DNA of 64,000 nucleotides from Candidatus Eiseniibacteriota bacterium (GCA_963783375.1 CAWANH010000028.1:1760001-1824000); one strand, 5' to 3'. Shown: positions 10,699-22,766, counted from the first letter of the stretch. A program made the numbers and translations. The notes: generated from the sequence alone by a model not told the origin.

Positions 10699-13600
10699 AT
10701 GTGTAGGCGTCTCACGCGCAGCTCCAGTTCGATTCTGACCGGATGCGCGATGCTCATGCTCCTGTTCCTCGTGGTCGGGGCGGTGCCAGCCTCGGCCGAC
10801 AACGGGGCGGTTCCTCCGGCGTTCGGCGGCGTCACCGCCGCCATGGTTCGGACCAACGCCCAGCAGATCCAGTACGACCCGCCGTTGGACGTATTCGGGA
10901 ACGGCGGGTCGTGTCCCGACCCGACCAATTACGGCTTCGACTACGGCGACAGCGTCTACGTCTGGCTCGCGCCGAGCGGGGACCTGTGGTGGGTGATCGA
11001 AACCCACGGAAACGTCGGGGACTCCAATCAGGACGGCGGTTACGACACCAACACCCCCGATTGCGGGGGCCATCCGGGCTGCGTCAACACCGAGGCCGAC
11101 GCTTTCAACAACATCTTCGCCTCGGGGGTGGAATCGGTCACCATCGGGGTCGATCGCGACTGCAACGGGGTCAACGACCTCCGCTTCACCCTGACCGGCG
11201 CCGGTGACCGCGCCGCGGACGAGGTCCGGGTCACCCTGGACGCGATGACCAACTACTTCAACTCCACGCTGGGTGAGCAGGGAACCGCCTGGAGCGGCGA
11301 CCCCATCCAGGTGGGCCCGGACGCGGTCTGCGTGGTCCAGCGGAACGGCGCGGTCATGATCAGGATCCCGGATTGGCAGAAGTACTTCCGGGACCCGAAC
11401 ACCAACGCTTTCTTCGCCTCTCCCACCGTCTTTTCCTGGCTGGTGGACTCGGGCAACAACTCGGACTTCTACACCGAGGACACCGTCGTCGGTCTCTTCG
11501 ACGTGTCCGCTCCCAACATCTCCATCGACAAGCAGGCCAATCCGACCCTGGTCTGCACGACGGGGGACTCCACCCGGTTCACGGTGACCGTGACCAATAC
11601 CGGAAACACCCCGCTCACCAACGTGCAGCTCACCGATGTGCTGCCCGCTGGGCTGACCTACGGAAACGCCTACATCGACGACCCCACTCTTCCCCTTGGG
11701 GCACCGACGGTTCTCTCGAACAACCTGTCCTGGGGCTCATTCTCGATGGAGCCCCTGGAGTCCCGGACCATCTCCTACCGGGTGCTTACCGATGGATGCT
11801 CGGGGACGGAGGCCAACCAGGCGGTGGTCACCGCCGAGTTCAACTCGGACTGCCTGCCGCTTCCCAGCGGCCTGCGCGAGGAGAGTTCGGCCCAGGTGAC
11901 CTGTGCGGAACCGGGGATCTCGGTCACTCCGCCCGCCGACAGCCGGCTCTGCGTCCTCTCGCCGGTGTCGCTGACCTTCGTGGTCACCAACACGGGTAGT
12001 CACACCGAGGACCTGAACTTCACCGGAATGTTCGACGGGTCGCCGGCCACGGTTGCTCCCACGTCGCGGGCCGGCGTGGCCGCCGGGGACACCGTCCACG
12101 TGGTCCTGACCGCGGTCATGCCCGGAACCTGCGCCGGGGACCTCACCGCCCAGGTGTCCGCCTCCGGCGACATCCCCGGGCTCACGAACTGCAGCGCGGC
12201 GGACAGCGCCCTGGCCACGGTGCAGTGCTCCGAGCCCGGGGTCACGGTGACCCCGCCCACGGACCTGACCGCCTGCGTGGACACCCCCCTCAACCTGGAG
12301 TTCGTGGTGACCAACACCGGGAACTCCACCGAGAACCTGACCTTCAGCGGGATGTTCGGGGGATCGCCGGCGACGGTGAACCCGGCGTCGCGGAACGGCC
12401 TTGCCGCCGGGGACACGGTGCACGTGGTGGTGACGGCAACGATGCCGTCGACGTGCAACGGCGACATCACGGTGTCGGTGACCGCGAACGCCTCGGTGGA
12501 CGGGGTCCAGGGTTGCGACGACTCGGACAGCCAATCCTCGATCGTTCACTGCGCCGACGCGGGGGTCTCGGTAGCCGCTCCGCCCGATACCAAGGCGTGC
12601 GTGGACTCGACGCTTCTGATGACGTTCGTGGTGACGAACACCGGGAACGTCACGGAGGATCTGAGCTTCACCGGGATGTTCGGGGGATCGCCGGTCGCGG
12701 CCAACCCGGCCTCGCGGAACGGCGTTGCGTCGGGGGACACGGTGCACGTGGTGCTGGCCGGAGTGATGCCGGCCCAGTGCAGCGGGGACGTGATCGCCCG
12801 GGTGGACGCCTCGGCAACCATTCCGGGGGTCGACCTCTGCGATGCCGACGCCGCCGACAGCGCCACCGTGCAGTGCGCGGAGGCGGCGGTAGACGTGGCT
12901 CCGGCGGGCCAGATCTTCGCGTGTCTGGACTCGGACATCGCGTTCGAGTACGTGGTGACGAACACCAGCGCGGAGACGGAGAACCTGACCTTCGCCGGTC
13001 TGTTCGACGGATCCCCGGTGACGGCGACCCCGGCGTTCCGGAACGGGGTGGCGGCGGGGGACACGGTGCACGTGATTCTGTCCGGGTCGTGCAGCGGGCG
13101 GACGATCAACACCCAGCTGACCGCCACCGCAGTGGTGGACGGGTTGCCGGGCTGCGAGGCCCAGGACTCGGCGGAGGGGTCGGCGACCTGCGCGACCCCG
13201 GGAGTGGGGGTGACGCCGCCGACGGACATCACGCTGTGCGTGGACAGTCCGGTGGTGCGTGAGTTCGTGGTGACGAACACCGGGAGCGATCCCGAAGACC
13301 TGACGTTCAGCGGGATGTTCGACGGGTCGCCGGCGACGGTGAACCCGACGTCGCGGAACAGCGTGGCGGCGGGGGACACGGTGCACGTGGTGGTGACGGG
13401 GACGATGCCGTCGACGTGCAACGGCGACATCACGGTGTCGGTGACGGCGAACGCGTCGGTGACGGGTCTCCAGGGGTGCACGGACAGCGACACCCAGCCG
13501 ACGACGGTGCACTGCGTGGACGCGGAGGCGAGCGTGACGCCGCCGCCGAACACGAAGGCGTGCGTGGACTCGACGCTTCTGATGACGTTCGTGGTGACGA

Positions 13601-16600
13601 ACACCGGGAACGTGACGGAGGACCTGACGTTCACCGGGATGTTCAACGGGTCGCCGGCCACGGTGAACCCGGCGTCGCGGAACGGCGTTGCGTCGGGGGA
13701 CACGGTGCACGTGGTGCTGACCGGGTTGATGCCGTCCCAGTGCAGCGGGGACGTGACCGCCCGGGTGGACGTGAGCGCGTCGGTTCCTGGCGTGGGAGCG
13801 TGCGACGCGGCCGACTTCGCCACCGCCACCGTGCAGTGCGCGGAGGCGGCGGTAGACGTGGCTCCGGCGGGCCAGATCTTCGCGTGTCTGGACTCGGACA
13901 TCGCGTTCGAGTACGTGGTGACGAACACGAGCGCGGAGACGGAGAACCTGACCTTCGCCGGTCTGTTCGACGGATCCCCGGTGACGGCGACCCCGGCGTT
14001 CCGGAACGGGGTGGCGGCGGGGGACACGGTGCACGTGATTCTGTCCGGGTCGTGCAGCGGGCGGACGATGCGACACCCAGCTGACCGCCACCGCAGTGGT
14101 GGACGGGTTGCCGGGCTGCGAGGCCCAGGACTCGGCGGAGGGGTCGGCGACCTGCGCGACCCCGGGGGTGGGGGTGACGCCGCCGACGGACATCACGCTG
14201 TGCGTGGACAGTCCGGTGGTGCGTGAGTTCGTGGTGACGAACACCGGGAGCGATCCCGAGGACCTGACGTTCAGCGGGATGTTCGACGGGATCGCCGGCG
14301 ACGGTGAACCCGACGTCGCGGAACAACGTGGCGGCGGGGGACACGGTGCACGTGGTGGTGACGGGGACGATGCCGTCGACGTGCAACGGCGACATCACGG
14401 TGTCGGTGACGGCGAACGCGTCGGTGGCGGGGCTCCAGGGGTGCACGGACAGCGACACCCAGCCGACGACGGTGCACTGCGTGGACGCGGAGGCGAGCGT
14501 GACGCCGCCGCCGAACACGAAGGCGTGCGTGGACTCGACGCTTCTGATGACGTTCGTGGTGACGAACACCGGGAACGTGACGGAGGACCTGACGTTCACC
14601 GGGATGTTCAACGGGTCGCCGGCCACGGTGAACCCGGCGTCGCGGAACGGGGTGGCGTCGGGGGACACGGTGCACGTGGTGCTGACCGGGTTGATGCCGG
14701 CCCAGTGCAGCGGGGACGTGACCGCCCGGGTGGATGTGAGCGCGTCGGTTCCTGGCGTGGGAGCGTGCGACGCGGCCGACTTCGCCACCGCCACCGTGCA
14801 GTGCGCGGAGGCGGCGGTCGACGTGGCTCCGGCGGGCCAGATCTTCGCGTGTCTGGACTCGGACATCGCGTTCGAGTACGTGGTGACGAACACCAGCGCG
14901 GAGACGGAGAACCTGACCTTCGCCGGTCTGTTCGACGGATCCCCGGTGACGGCGACCCCGGCGTTCCGGAACGGGGTGGCGGCGGGGGACACGGTGCACG
15001 TGATCCTGTCCGGGTCGTGCAGCGACCGGACGGTGGCGACGTCCTTGACCGCGACGGCGGTGGTGGACGGGTTGCCGGGCTGCGAGGCCCAGGACTCGGC
15101 GGAGGGGTCGGCGACCTGCGCCACCCCGGGGGTGGGGGTGACGCCGCCGACGGACATCACGCTGTGCGTGGACAGTCCGGTGGTGCGTGAGTTCGTGGTG
15201 ACGAACACCGGGAGCGATCCGGAGGACCTGACGTTCAGCGGGATGTTCGGGGGATCGCCGGCGACGGTGAACCCGACGTCGCGGAACGGCGTGGCGGCCG
15301 GGGACACGGTGCACGTGGTGGTGACGGGGACGATGCCGTCGACGTGCAACGGGGACATCACGGTGTCGGTGACGGCGAACGCGTCGGTGGCGACGCTCCA
15401 GGGGTGCACGGACAGCGACACCCAGCCGACGACGGTGCACTGCGTGGACGCGGAGGCGAGCGTGACGCCGCCGCCGAACACGAAGGCGTGCGTGGACTCG
15501 ACGCTCTTGATGACGTTCGTGGTGACGAACACCGGGAACGTGACGGAGGACCTGACGTTCACCGGGATGTTCAACGGGTCGCCGGCCACGGTGAACCCGG
15601 CGTCGCGGAACGGGGTGGCGTCGGGGGACACGGTGCACGTGGTGCTGACCGGGTTGATGCCGGCCCAGTGCAGCGGGGACGTGACCGCCCGGGTGGACGT
15701 GAGCGCGTCGGTTCCTGGCGTGGGAGCGTGCGACGCGGCCGACTTCGCCACCGCCACCGTGCAGTGCGCGGAGGCGTGCGTGAACGTCATTCCGCCCAAC
15801 CCGATCACCGCCTGCGCGGACGCGGCGGTCTCGGCGGAGTTCGTGGTCCAGAATTGCGGGAACGACACCGAGGACATGACCTTCACCGGCCTCTTCCTGG
15901 GGCTTCCGGCCACGGTCACCCCCGCCTCCCGTAACGGGGTTGCCCCCGGGGACACGGTTCACGTCGTGCTCCACGGGGTGATGCCCGCGAACTGCGACTT
16001 CGGCGTGGATCCCATCACGATCCAGGGCGGGGGCGCGGACGTGGGCGTCAAGGCCATCACCATTCCCACCGTGGATCTCTCCGCGGTGGCCACGGTGTCG
16101 GGTCTCGCGGGTTGCGAGTTCCGGGACTCGGCCTCGGCCGACCTGGATTGCGTGAACCCCGACGTCCTGGCCGAGGCGCCCCCGCGGACGACGTTCTGCG
16201 CGGACGCTCCGGTGAGCCTCACCTTCGTGGTGACCAACACCGGCAGCGACCCCGAAGACCTGACGTTCGGCGGGATGTTCAACGGCTCTCCGGCGACGGT
16301 GACGCCGTCCTCCCGGAACGGGGTGGCCGTGGGCGATACCGTACACGTAGTCCTCTCGGCCACGATGCCGGCGGTTTGCGACGGTCCCTACACCGGACGG
16401 GTCATCGTCGCGGCGGCGACCGGTCTGGTCGCCTGCGACGCGGCGGATACCGCGGACGTGCTGGTGGACTGCGCGGAGCCCGGAGTGGACGTCGCGCCGC
16501 CGGATCCCTCCACCGCATGCGCCAGCTCCATGGTGTGGCTCGAGTTCGTGGTGACCAACACCGGGAACCTCGCCGAGAACATGATCTTCGGCGGGTCCTT

Positions 16601-18464
16601 CGGGACGGATCCCGCCACGGTCACCCCGGATGCGCGAAACGGCGTGGCCCCCGGGGACACCGTGCACGTCATGGTGCACGGGGAGCTTCCGGGCAGCTGC
16701 AACGGACCCCTCCAGGCCCGCCTGGCGGTGACCGGCCAGATCGTCGGCGTGGACCTCTGCGCCGCCGAGGACATCGACTCCACCCAGGTCTCCTGCGCCG
16801 GCCCCTGCGTGACCGTCACCGGACCGCCGACCGATGAGGTCTGCCCGGGAAGCGACGTGTGGACCACCTTCGTGGTGGAGAACTGCGGCAACGAGACCTC
16901 GAACCTGAGCTTCACCTCTACGTTCAACGGCAGCCCGGCCGCGCCGGTTCCGGCCTCCCGGAACGACGTGGCCCCCGGGGACACCGTGCACGTGATGATT
17001 CACGGCACCATGCCCGCCGACTGCCAACCCATCCCGGAGCGCCGGGGGTGGTGAACGCGGCCGCGGGCGGCCCGGCGAATCCGCCCGCCGCGGGAGCGCA
17101 GGTCAAGCTGGTGGCCCTGGCCGAGATCGCGGGGACGACCGAGTGCGCGGCCTCGGACAGCGCGTAGCGCCTTCATCCCTGCAAGATCCCGAGCGTCTCC
17201 CTGGTGAAGGACACGTCGCCCGACACGACCGAGACCACTTCCAAGGTCACGATCGTGGTGGAGAACACGGGGAACTCGGTGCTCGACCCGGTCCTGGTGA
17301 GCGACCATCTGCCGTCGGCGCTGGGCTTCGACACGAACCAGATCATCGGCGGGACCTGCGGGGCCAGCCTGGATCACGTCCAGACCGTGGGTGACGTCTC
17401 CTGGGTGTTCTTCAGCGGGTTCTCCCTCGATCCGGGACAGTCCTGCACGATCATCTACGACGTCAATTGCCGGTCCACGACCGGGGAGGCCAGCATCGAC
17501 ACCGCCTACGTGGAGGCCTGGTGCGACGGCACCTTCGGCATCGTCGAGCCGGTGACCGACTCCGACACCGCCAGCGTGGTGTGCCGGACCCCCGGCGAGG
17601 CCTGTCCCCGCACGATCGGGTTCTGGCGTCAGCAGTGCGCGCAGAAGTTGAACGGATCCACCAAGATCTGCGAGGCCGGCATGGAGTCGCTGTGGGTGTG
17701 CGTGATCAATGCCACCGACGTCGTCCAGTGGAAGAAGAACGACGGCAGCTACGAGACGACGGCCAGCCTCCGGACCTTGGGAGGAGCGAACCCGACCGGG
17801 CTGTTCGACGCACTGTGCTCCCAGCTCCACGGTCCTCGTCCGATGACCATCCGCGACATGACCGAACTCCAGTACCTGGGACTCATGCTCAACGTGTGTT
17901 CCTCGGCCATCGCCCGGGGCATTCCGGTGAGCAACTCTTTCGTGGGCACGGTGGGTGAGGCGATCGACGGGATCGAGAACGCCCTCGAACACCGGACCAG
18001 AACCTCGGTTACTGGGAGGGCATCGCGGACCAGATCGACAACGGGATCGGCGTTCTCGCCGCGGAACTGCCCGGATCGAGAACGGGATCTTCAGCAATCT
18101 CCCGGGCTGCAGCGCTGCCACGGTCGGGCAGACCAGGGAGCTCGGGTTCCTGAGCGGGATGACCGAGATGCCCACGATCTTCAACTCGAGGCCGTACCCG
18201 AACCCGGTCTTCTCGGGCCAGACCATCATCCTGGTCGAAGTCCCCGAGGCGATGGGTGTGCGCGACGTGCGGGTCGAGGTCTACGATCTCAAGGGCGCCA
18301 AGGTCCGTCAGCTCTACAGCGCACCCATGAATCCCGGTCGCCACACCGTGAACTGGGACCTCCGCGACGACGGCGGTTCCGACGTGGCTTCGGGGATCTA
18401 CTTCTACCGGGTGGTGGCGGGGGACACCGCAATCACCCAGAAGATGCTGGTCATGCGCCGCTAG
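10699..18464 (+). CDS. Giant Cys-rich modular secreted/surface protein, paralogue 1 (~2580 aa reconstructed; several frameshifts, probably sequencing indels)
   Basis: RBS GAAGGAGG then ATG 10699; signal peptide; conserved N-domain; DUF11-like domain; ~16 modules with FVVTNTG/GDTVHV motifs; second DUF11-like domain; CPRTIGFW domain; YPNP...SGIYFYR CTD. Spans ORFs 10546.., 14096.., 14304.., 16859.., 17204.. and 17955..; junctions fixed by alignment to sister repeats and paralogue 3. Confidence 0.8.
12547..15775 (+). repeat. Intragenic tandem repeat, 963-bp unit (321 aa = three Ig-like modules), ~3.3 near-identical copies
   Basis: The anchor cagtgcgcggaggcg recurs at 12871, 13834, 14799 and 15762. 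Spacings are 963, 965 and 963; the 965 unit carries the two +1 insertions at ~14070 and ~14291. Confidence 0.92.
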
Positions 18465-18534
18465 GACGGCGCGATTGAGGGAGGGAACGGAGGGCCTGAG
18501 GGTCCCCCGTTCCCGGGCCCTTCGAACTCTCCGG

Positions 18535-18570
18535 ACGAGGCTCCGCCCCAGGGCGGGGCCTCGTTCTTTC
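18535..18570 (+). terminator. Rho-independent terminator after paralogue 1
   Basis: Inverted repeat acgaggctccgccc / gggcggggcctcgt followed by tctttc; a second hairpin lies at ~18483-18514. Confidence 0.7.
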
Positions 18571-18809
18571 AGGGACGCGGCGGAATCCGGTCCGGGAGTC
18601 GACCGCTCGAACCGGGGGACCCAAGAGCGAAGCCGACTCCGGTCCATCCCGGGTCCCGAGGCGATGAGGAGTGTGCCGGTATTGAAGGAACCTCGACGCT
18701 CAGGATGCGCGGGCGCCGGTCGCTCCAACACCTGCGGGCTTTCCGCCGCAGGAAAGCCGACGTGGACCCGGCAGTCCGGCCTCATTTGTCTGCGGATCGT
18801 TTCAGGATG

Positions 18810-18822
18810 TAATCATTTGATT
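18810..18822 (-). promoter_or_regulatory. IHF-consensus site upstream of paralogue 2 promoter
   Basis: Reverse complement AATCAAATGATTA fits WATCAANNNNTTR exactly. Confidence 0.5.
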
Positions 18823-18904
18823 ACTATCACGGCTAGAAAGGTCATAAGTGATTGGTTTTCGGACGTTAGGTCCCGAATTCTGCGAAATAAATTAGTCAAG
18901 AATA

Positions 18905-18934
18905 TTGACTTTGCCCACCCATTCTTGATATCAA
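18905..18934 (+). promoter_or_regulatory. Putative sigma70-type promoter for paralogue 2
   Basis: TTGACT-18 nt-TATCAA with TG extension, in AT-rich DNA. Confidence 0.5.
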
Positions 18935-19206
18935 TTCAATTCGTTGACAGATAAGCCGCACTTGCAGGGAGGTGCAAGGTCGGGGTTTCGTCGTTGGGCG
19001 ATGCGGATAGCCATGTTGGCGCTGCGATCCGGGAGCGCGGCGCCGAGGGGGGGATCCCCCAGCATCCATCCTGCAATCCCGCCCGTGTCTCTCTCCGGAA
19101 CCCCACTCACCGAGCCCTCCGATCGCGTCTTCCGCTCTTCCGACGCCACCTGCAGGTGTAAGTAGCGCTTCGCGGACCACAGACTTCGCGGATGGAGGAA
19201 ATCACA

Positions 19207-22200
19207 ATGTCGAGCAAACTCATGGGCCTCCGGAGAGCACCGCTCTTCGGCGTCGGCCTCATTCTGGCGGTGGCCATCGCGCTCCTCGGCGCGGGTCCCG
19301 TCTTCGCCAACAACGGGATCAATACCCCGCCGGTCGGCGGCGTCACCGCCGACATGGTTCGGGCGGCGGCCCAGAACATCGTGTTCGATACGGAGGGCGA
19401 CGTCTTCGGCGGCGGCGGCAGCTGTCCCAACCCGGTGAACTACGGCTTCGACTACGGCGACAGCGTCTACGTCTGGCTGTCTCCGGCGGGGGACCTTTAC
19501 TTCGCGGTCGAGATCCATGGAAACGTGGGGGACTCGGACCAGGACGGAGGCTATGACACCGAGGGATCGACCTGCGGTGGGCATCCGGATTGCGTGGCCG
19601 CGGAGGCCGACGCCTTCCACAACATCTTCGCCTCCGGGGTCGAGTCCATCACCTATTCGATCGACCGGGACTGCAACAACGTCTTCGACCTCCGGTTCAC
19701 CCTCACCGGGGCCGGGAACATGAAGGCGGACTCCGTTTCGGTGACCCTGGATTCGATGACCGGCACCTTCGGGGACATCCTGGGCGGACAGGGCACCGCA
19801 TGGGCCGGCGCGCCGCTGCAGGCCGGTCCCGACGGGGTCTGCGTCGTGGCGCGGAACAGCACGGTCGTGGTCAGGATCCCCGACTGGGGCCGCTATTTCG
19901 AGGATCCGGTCACCCACGATCCGATCCCCGGCATCGTGTCCAACATGTTCACCTGGAGGGTAAACTCCGGAAACAACTCGGACAGCTACACCGAGGACGA
20001 GGTTCTGGGGGTGTTCGACACCTCGAACCCCCAGATCGACCTGTCGAAAACCACGTCCAAGAACCAGCTCTGCGGGAACGGGGACACCGCCCGGTTCACC
20101 CTCACCGTGACCAACACCGGGAACACGCCTCTGACCGGCGTCACCCTGAGCGATCAGCTTCCGACCGGTCTGGGCTACAACGATTCCTACATCGACGATC
20201 CGACCAACGCGATCGGGAGCCCGAACGTGGTTTCGGACCTCCTGACCTGGACCCCCTTCGACCTGGAGGTCGGCGGGTCCCGGGTCGTCTCCTACCTGGT
20301 CGTGAGCAATGGGTGCCAGGGCCAGGTGTCGAACGCCGCCGTGGTCCAGGGGACGTTCGACGTGGACTGCCTGGACGTGCCGGTGAACGTGGGTGACCAG
20401 GACGCGGCCACCGTGACCTGCGTCGACCCCGGGGTGTCGGTGACCGCTCCGCAGGCTCAGAGCCTCTGCGCGGGGTCGCCGTGGACGGCTACCTTCGTGG
20501 TCACGAACACCGGCGACGCGACCGAGAACCTCTCCATCGCCTGTACGATCGGCGGCGCGCTCCAGACGCCGGTAGTCCGCAACGGAATCGCGGTGGGGGA
20601 CACGGTCCACGTGGACGTGGCCGGAACCCTGCCCGCGACCTGCGGCTCTCCGATCACCGTGAGCTGTGAGGCTACCGCAACCCTGCCCGGGGTGGATCCC
20701 CAGGCGTGTTCGGACGTCGACAGCGATCAGACCACGGTGAGCTGCACCGCGGCGTGCGTGACCGTGGCCGACGCCCCCAACGACACCGCCTGCGCGGGGA
20801 CGACCCTCTGGATCGAGTACGTGGTGACCAACTGCAACGGCCAGGGCGGCGACGAGAACATGACCTTCTCCGGCATGTTCAACGGATCCCCGACCACGGT
20901 GAGCCCGACCTCTGCCTCGAACGTGGCCGACGGGGACACCGTGCACGTGAAGCTGCTGGCGGTGCTGCCCGCGACGGACTGCAACCCGGCCGGACACCTC
21001 GGCACCCTGACCGCGAACGCGGCCCTGGCCAACGACGCCGGGTGCACGGACTCGGACAGCGGCGACGGACGGGCCTTCTGCGACGTCCCCGACGTGGACA
21101 TCGTGAAGACCACCAGCCCGACCACCACCGACTCCGGCTCCACGGTGACCATCACCGTCACCAACCCGGGCGGCGCGGCCCTCGACCCGGTCCTGGTCAG
21201 CGACCACCTGCCCGCCGGCCTGACCTTCGACGCGGGCCAGACCCTCGGTGGAACCTGCGGCGCGACGGTGGATCACGTGCAGACCGTAGGGGATCTGACC
21301 TGGGTCTTCTTCACCGGGTTCTCCCTGGACCCGGGCGCGAGCTGCACCATCTCCTATGAGGTGGGCTGCGGTCAGTTCGACAACGCGGCCCGCGTGGACA
21401 CCGCCTACGTGAGCGCCTGGTGCGCCGGAACCTCCCAGACCACCGATCCGGTGACCGCGTCGGACACCTCGGCCGTGGTCTGCGAGCGGGAGGAGATCTG
21501 CTGCTGGATGACCACCGGCGGATTCGAGAACGGCGGCTTCAGGTCCGGCAACAAGGACGACAACTTCGGCGGGAACGTGGGTCCGCCCCCCAGCGGGCAG
21601 TGGCAGCACGTCCAGCGGTCCGGGAAGAAGGTCGTCTTCAACTTCCACAGCCACGACGCCCGCGTACGCGCATGCGGGAACGACGGGACCGCCGGTCCCT
21701 GCGTGCCTCGCGGCCACTCCAACTGGATCGAGTTCGGCGGGCCCGGGGCCTACAACCTGGGGAACGGCCCCCGGAAGTACGCTGCGTACTTCACCGCCCG
21801 GGCCGAGGATCACGGGGAGCCGGGTCGTCGCGGGAACCAGAACGGCGGCTGCGGCACTCCGGACTACTACGAGATCACGGTCTGGGACGGCGCCACCAAC
21901 GAGGTCGTGTTCACCGCCTCCGGTCTCCTGGACGGCGGGAACATCCAGATCCGCGACTGCAAGGCCAAGAAGCAGGAGGACGAACCACCGCCGGTCACCG
22001 ACGGTTCCGCCCTGGACGGCTCCGGCAACCTGGGCAGCCTGGAGACCGGACAGGATCTGGGGCTCGCGACCCTGAGGCTTCGGGCCTATCCGAACCCGGT
22101 TTCCCAGGCTCCGACCCTGATCCAGTTCAACGTTCCGTCCCACTTGAGTGGGAGCCAGGTGGACATCTCGGTCTACGACATCACCGGCCGCAAGGTCCGG

Positions 22201-22353
22201 GCCCTGGTTTCCGAGACGATGAACGCCGGTCAGCGGACCGCGAGCTGGGACCTGCGTGACGAGTCAGGAAACGCGGTGGCGACCGGGATCTACTTCTATC
22301 GACTGCGGGTCGGGAGTGAGTCCCTGACCCAGCGGATCCTGGTCATGCGGTAA
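19207..22353 (+). CDS. Cys-rich modular secreted/surface protein, paralogue 2 (intact, 1048 aa)
   Basis: RBS GGAGGA; signal peptide; same N-domain; DUF11-like domain; 2 stalk modules; second DUF11-like domain; distinct C-domain (MTTGG..NFGGNV..DHGEPG..GGNIQI); YPNP...TGIYFYR CTD. Confidence 0.92.
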   Translation: MSSKLMGLRRAPLFGVGLILAVAIALLGAGPVFANNGINTPPVGGVTADMVRAAAQNIVFDTEGDVFGGGGSCPNPVNYGFDYGDSVYVWLSPAGDLYFAVEIHGNVGDSDQDGGYDTEGSTCGGHPDCVAAEADAFHNIFASGVESITYSIDRDCNNVFDLRFTLTGAGNMKADSVSVTLDSMTGTFGDILGGQGTAWAGAPLQAGPDGVCVVARNSTVVVRIPDWGRYFEDPVTHDPIPGIVSNMFTWRVNSGNNSDSYTEDEVLGVFDTSNPQIDLSKTTSKNQLCGNGDTARFTLTVTNTGNTPLTGVTLSDQLPTGLGYNDSYIDDPTNAIGSPNVVSDLLTWTPFDLEVGGSRVVSYLVVSNGCQGQVSNAAVVQGTFDVDCLDVPVNVGDQDAATVTCVDPGVSVTAPQAQSLCAGSPWTATFVVTNTGDATENLSIACTIGGALQTPVVRNGIAVGDTVHVDVAGTLPATCGSPITVSCEATATLPGVDPQACSDVDSDQTTVSCTAACVTVADAPNDTACAGTTLWIEYVVTNCNGQGGDENMTFSGMFNGSPTTVSPTSASNVADGDTVHVKLLAVLPATDCNPAGHLGTLTANAALANDAGCTDSDSGDGRAFCDVPDVDIVKTTSPTTTDSGSTVTITVTNPGGAALDPVLVSDHLPAGLTFDAGQTLGGTCGATVDHVQTVGDLTWVFFTGFSLDPGASCTISYEVGCGQFDNAARVDTAYVSAWCAGTSQTTDPVTASDTSAVVCEREEICCWMTTGGFENGGFRSGNKDDNFGGNVGPPPSGQWQHVQRSGKKVVFNFHSHDARVRACGNDGTAGPCVPRGHSNWIEFGGPGAYNLGNGPRKYAAYFTARAEDHGEPGRRGNQNGGCGTPDYYEITVWDGATNEVVFTASGLLDGGNIQIRDCKAKKQEDEPPPVTDGSALDGSGNLGSLETGQDLGLATLRLRAYPNPVSQAPTLIQFNVPSHLSGSQVDISVYDITGRKVRALVSETMNAGQRTASWDLRDESGNAVATGIYFYRLRVGSESLTQRILVMR

Positions 22354-22437
22354 GCGACGGGGCCCTTGGGCCCGTCGGCGATCGGCGGGCGATGCCGGCC
22401 CGGGTCCAGCGCCCGGACCGGCGCCGTCTCGACCGAA

Positions 22438-22473
22438 TCGGGGCGCTCCCTCACCGGGGGCGCCCCGAGTTTT
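22438..22473 (+). terminator. Rho-independent terminator after paralogue 2
   Basis: Stem tcggggcgctcc / gggggcgccccga followed by gtttt. Confidence 0.65.
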
Positions 22474-22676
22474 CCTTCCCCCATCGCAACGTCCCCGAAG
22501 TCGGTCCGTGCCCATTCGAACGCATGGGATCTGAAGGGGGCCGAATCGACGGTTCTCCGACGTCGCCGCGGTCTGACGCGCGGAGTTTCCGACGCTGGCT
22601 GGAGACAGTGGAAAATACTCTGACGTTCTGGAGAGTCTATGTCAACGAATGACTACATGTTCTGCGTGCAAGTCTG

Positions 22677-22689
22677 TAATAAGTTGATT
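22677..22689 (-). promoter_or_regulatory. IHF-consensus site upstream of paralogue 3 promoter
   Basis: Reverse complement AATCAACTTATTA fits WATCAANNNNTTR exactly. Confidence 0.5.
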
Positions 22690-22737
22690 TCAATGGCCGT
22701 TATAACGCCCAGTCTACAAAGTAAATCGTAAGAAAGA

Positions 22738-22766
22738 TTGACTTCGTGGATTTGATCTGATAATTT
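22738..22766 (+). promoter_or_regulatory. Putative sigma70-type promoter for paralogue 3
   Basis: TTGACT-17 nt-TAATTT with TG extension, in AT-rich DNA. Confidence 0.5.

Noticed and set aside
12547-15775. Diversity-generating retroelement TR/VR pair
   Set aside because: One site varies AAC/AGC/GGC, but other differences are not adenine-specific, all copies are coding and in tandem, and no reverse transcriptase is present.
11900-17000. CRISPR array (recurrent ggggacacggtgcacgtg and ttcgtggtgacgaacaccggg)
   Set aside because: The period is ~320 bp, the motifs are in-frame protein motifs, the intervening sequences are homologous, and there are no cas genes.
17165-17167. In-frame TAG in paralogue 1 as possible pyrrolysine or readthrough
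   Set aside because: Removing the T and restoring one C nearby gives SDSASAFIPC, which fits sister modules (DSASADLDC). Compensating indels are simpler, and no pyl genes are seen.
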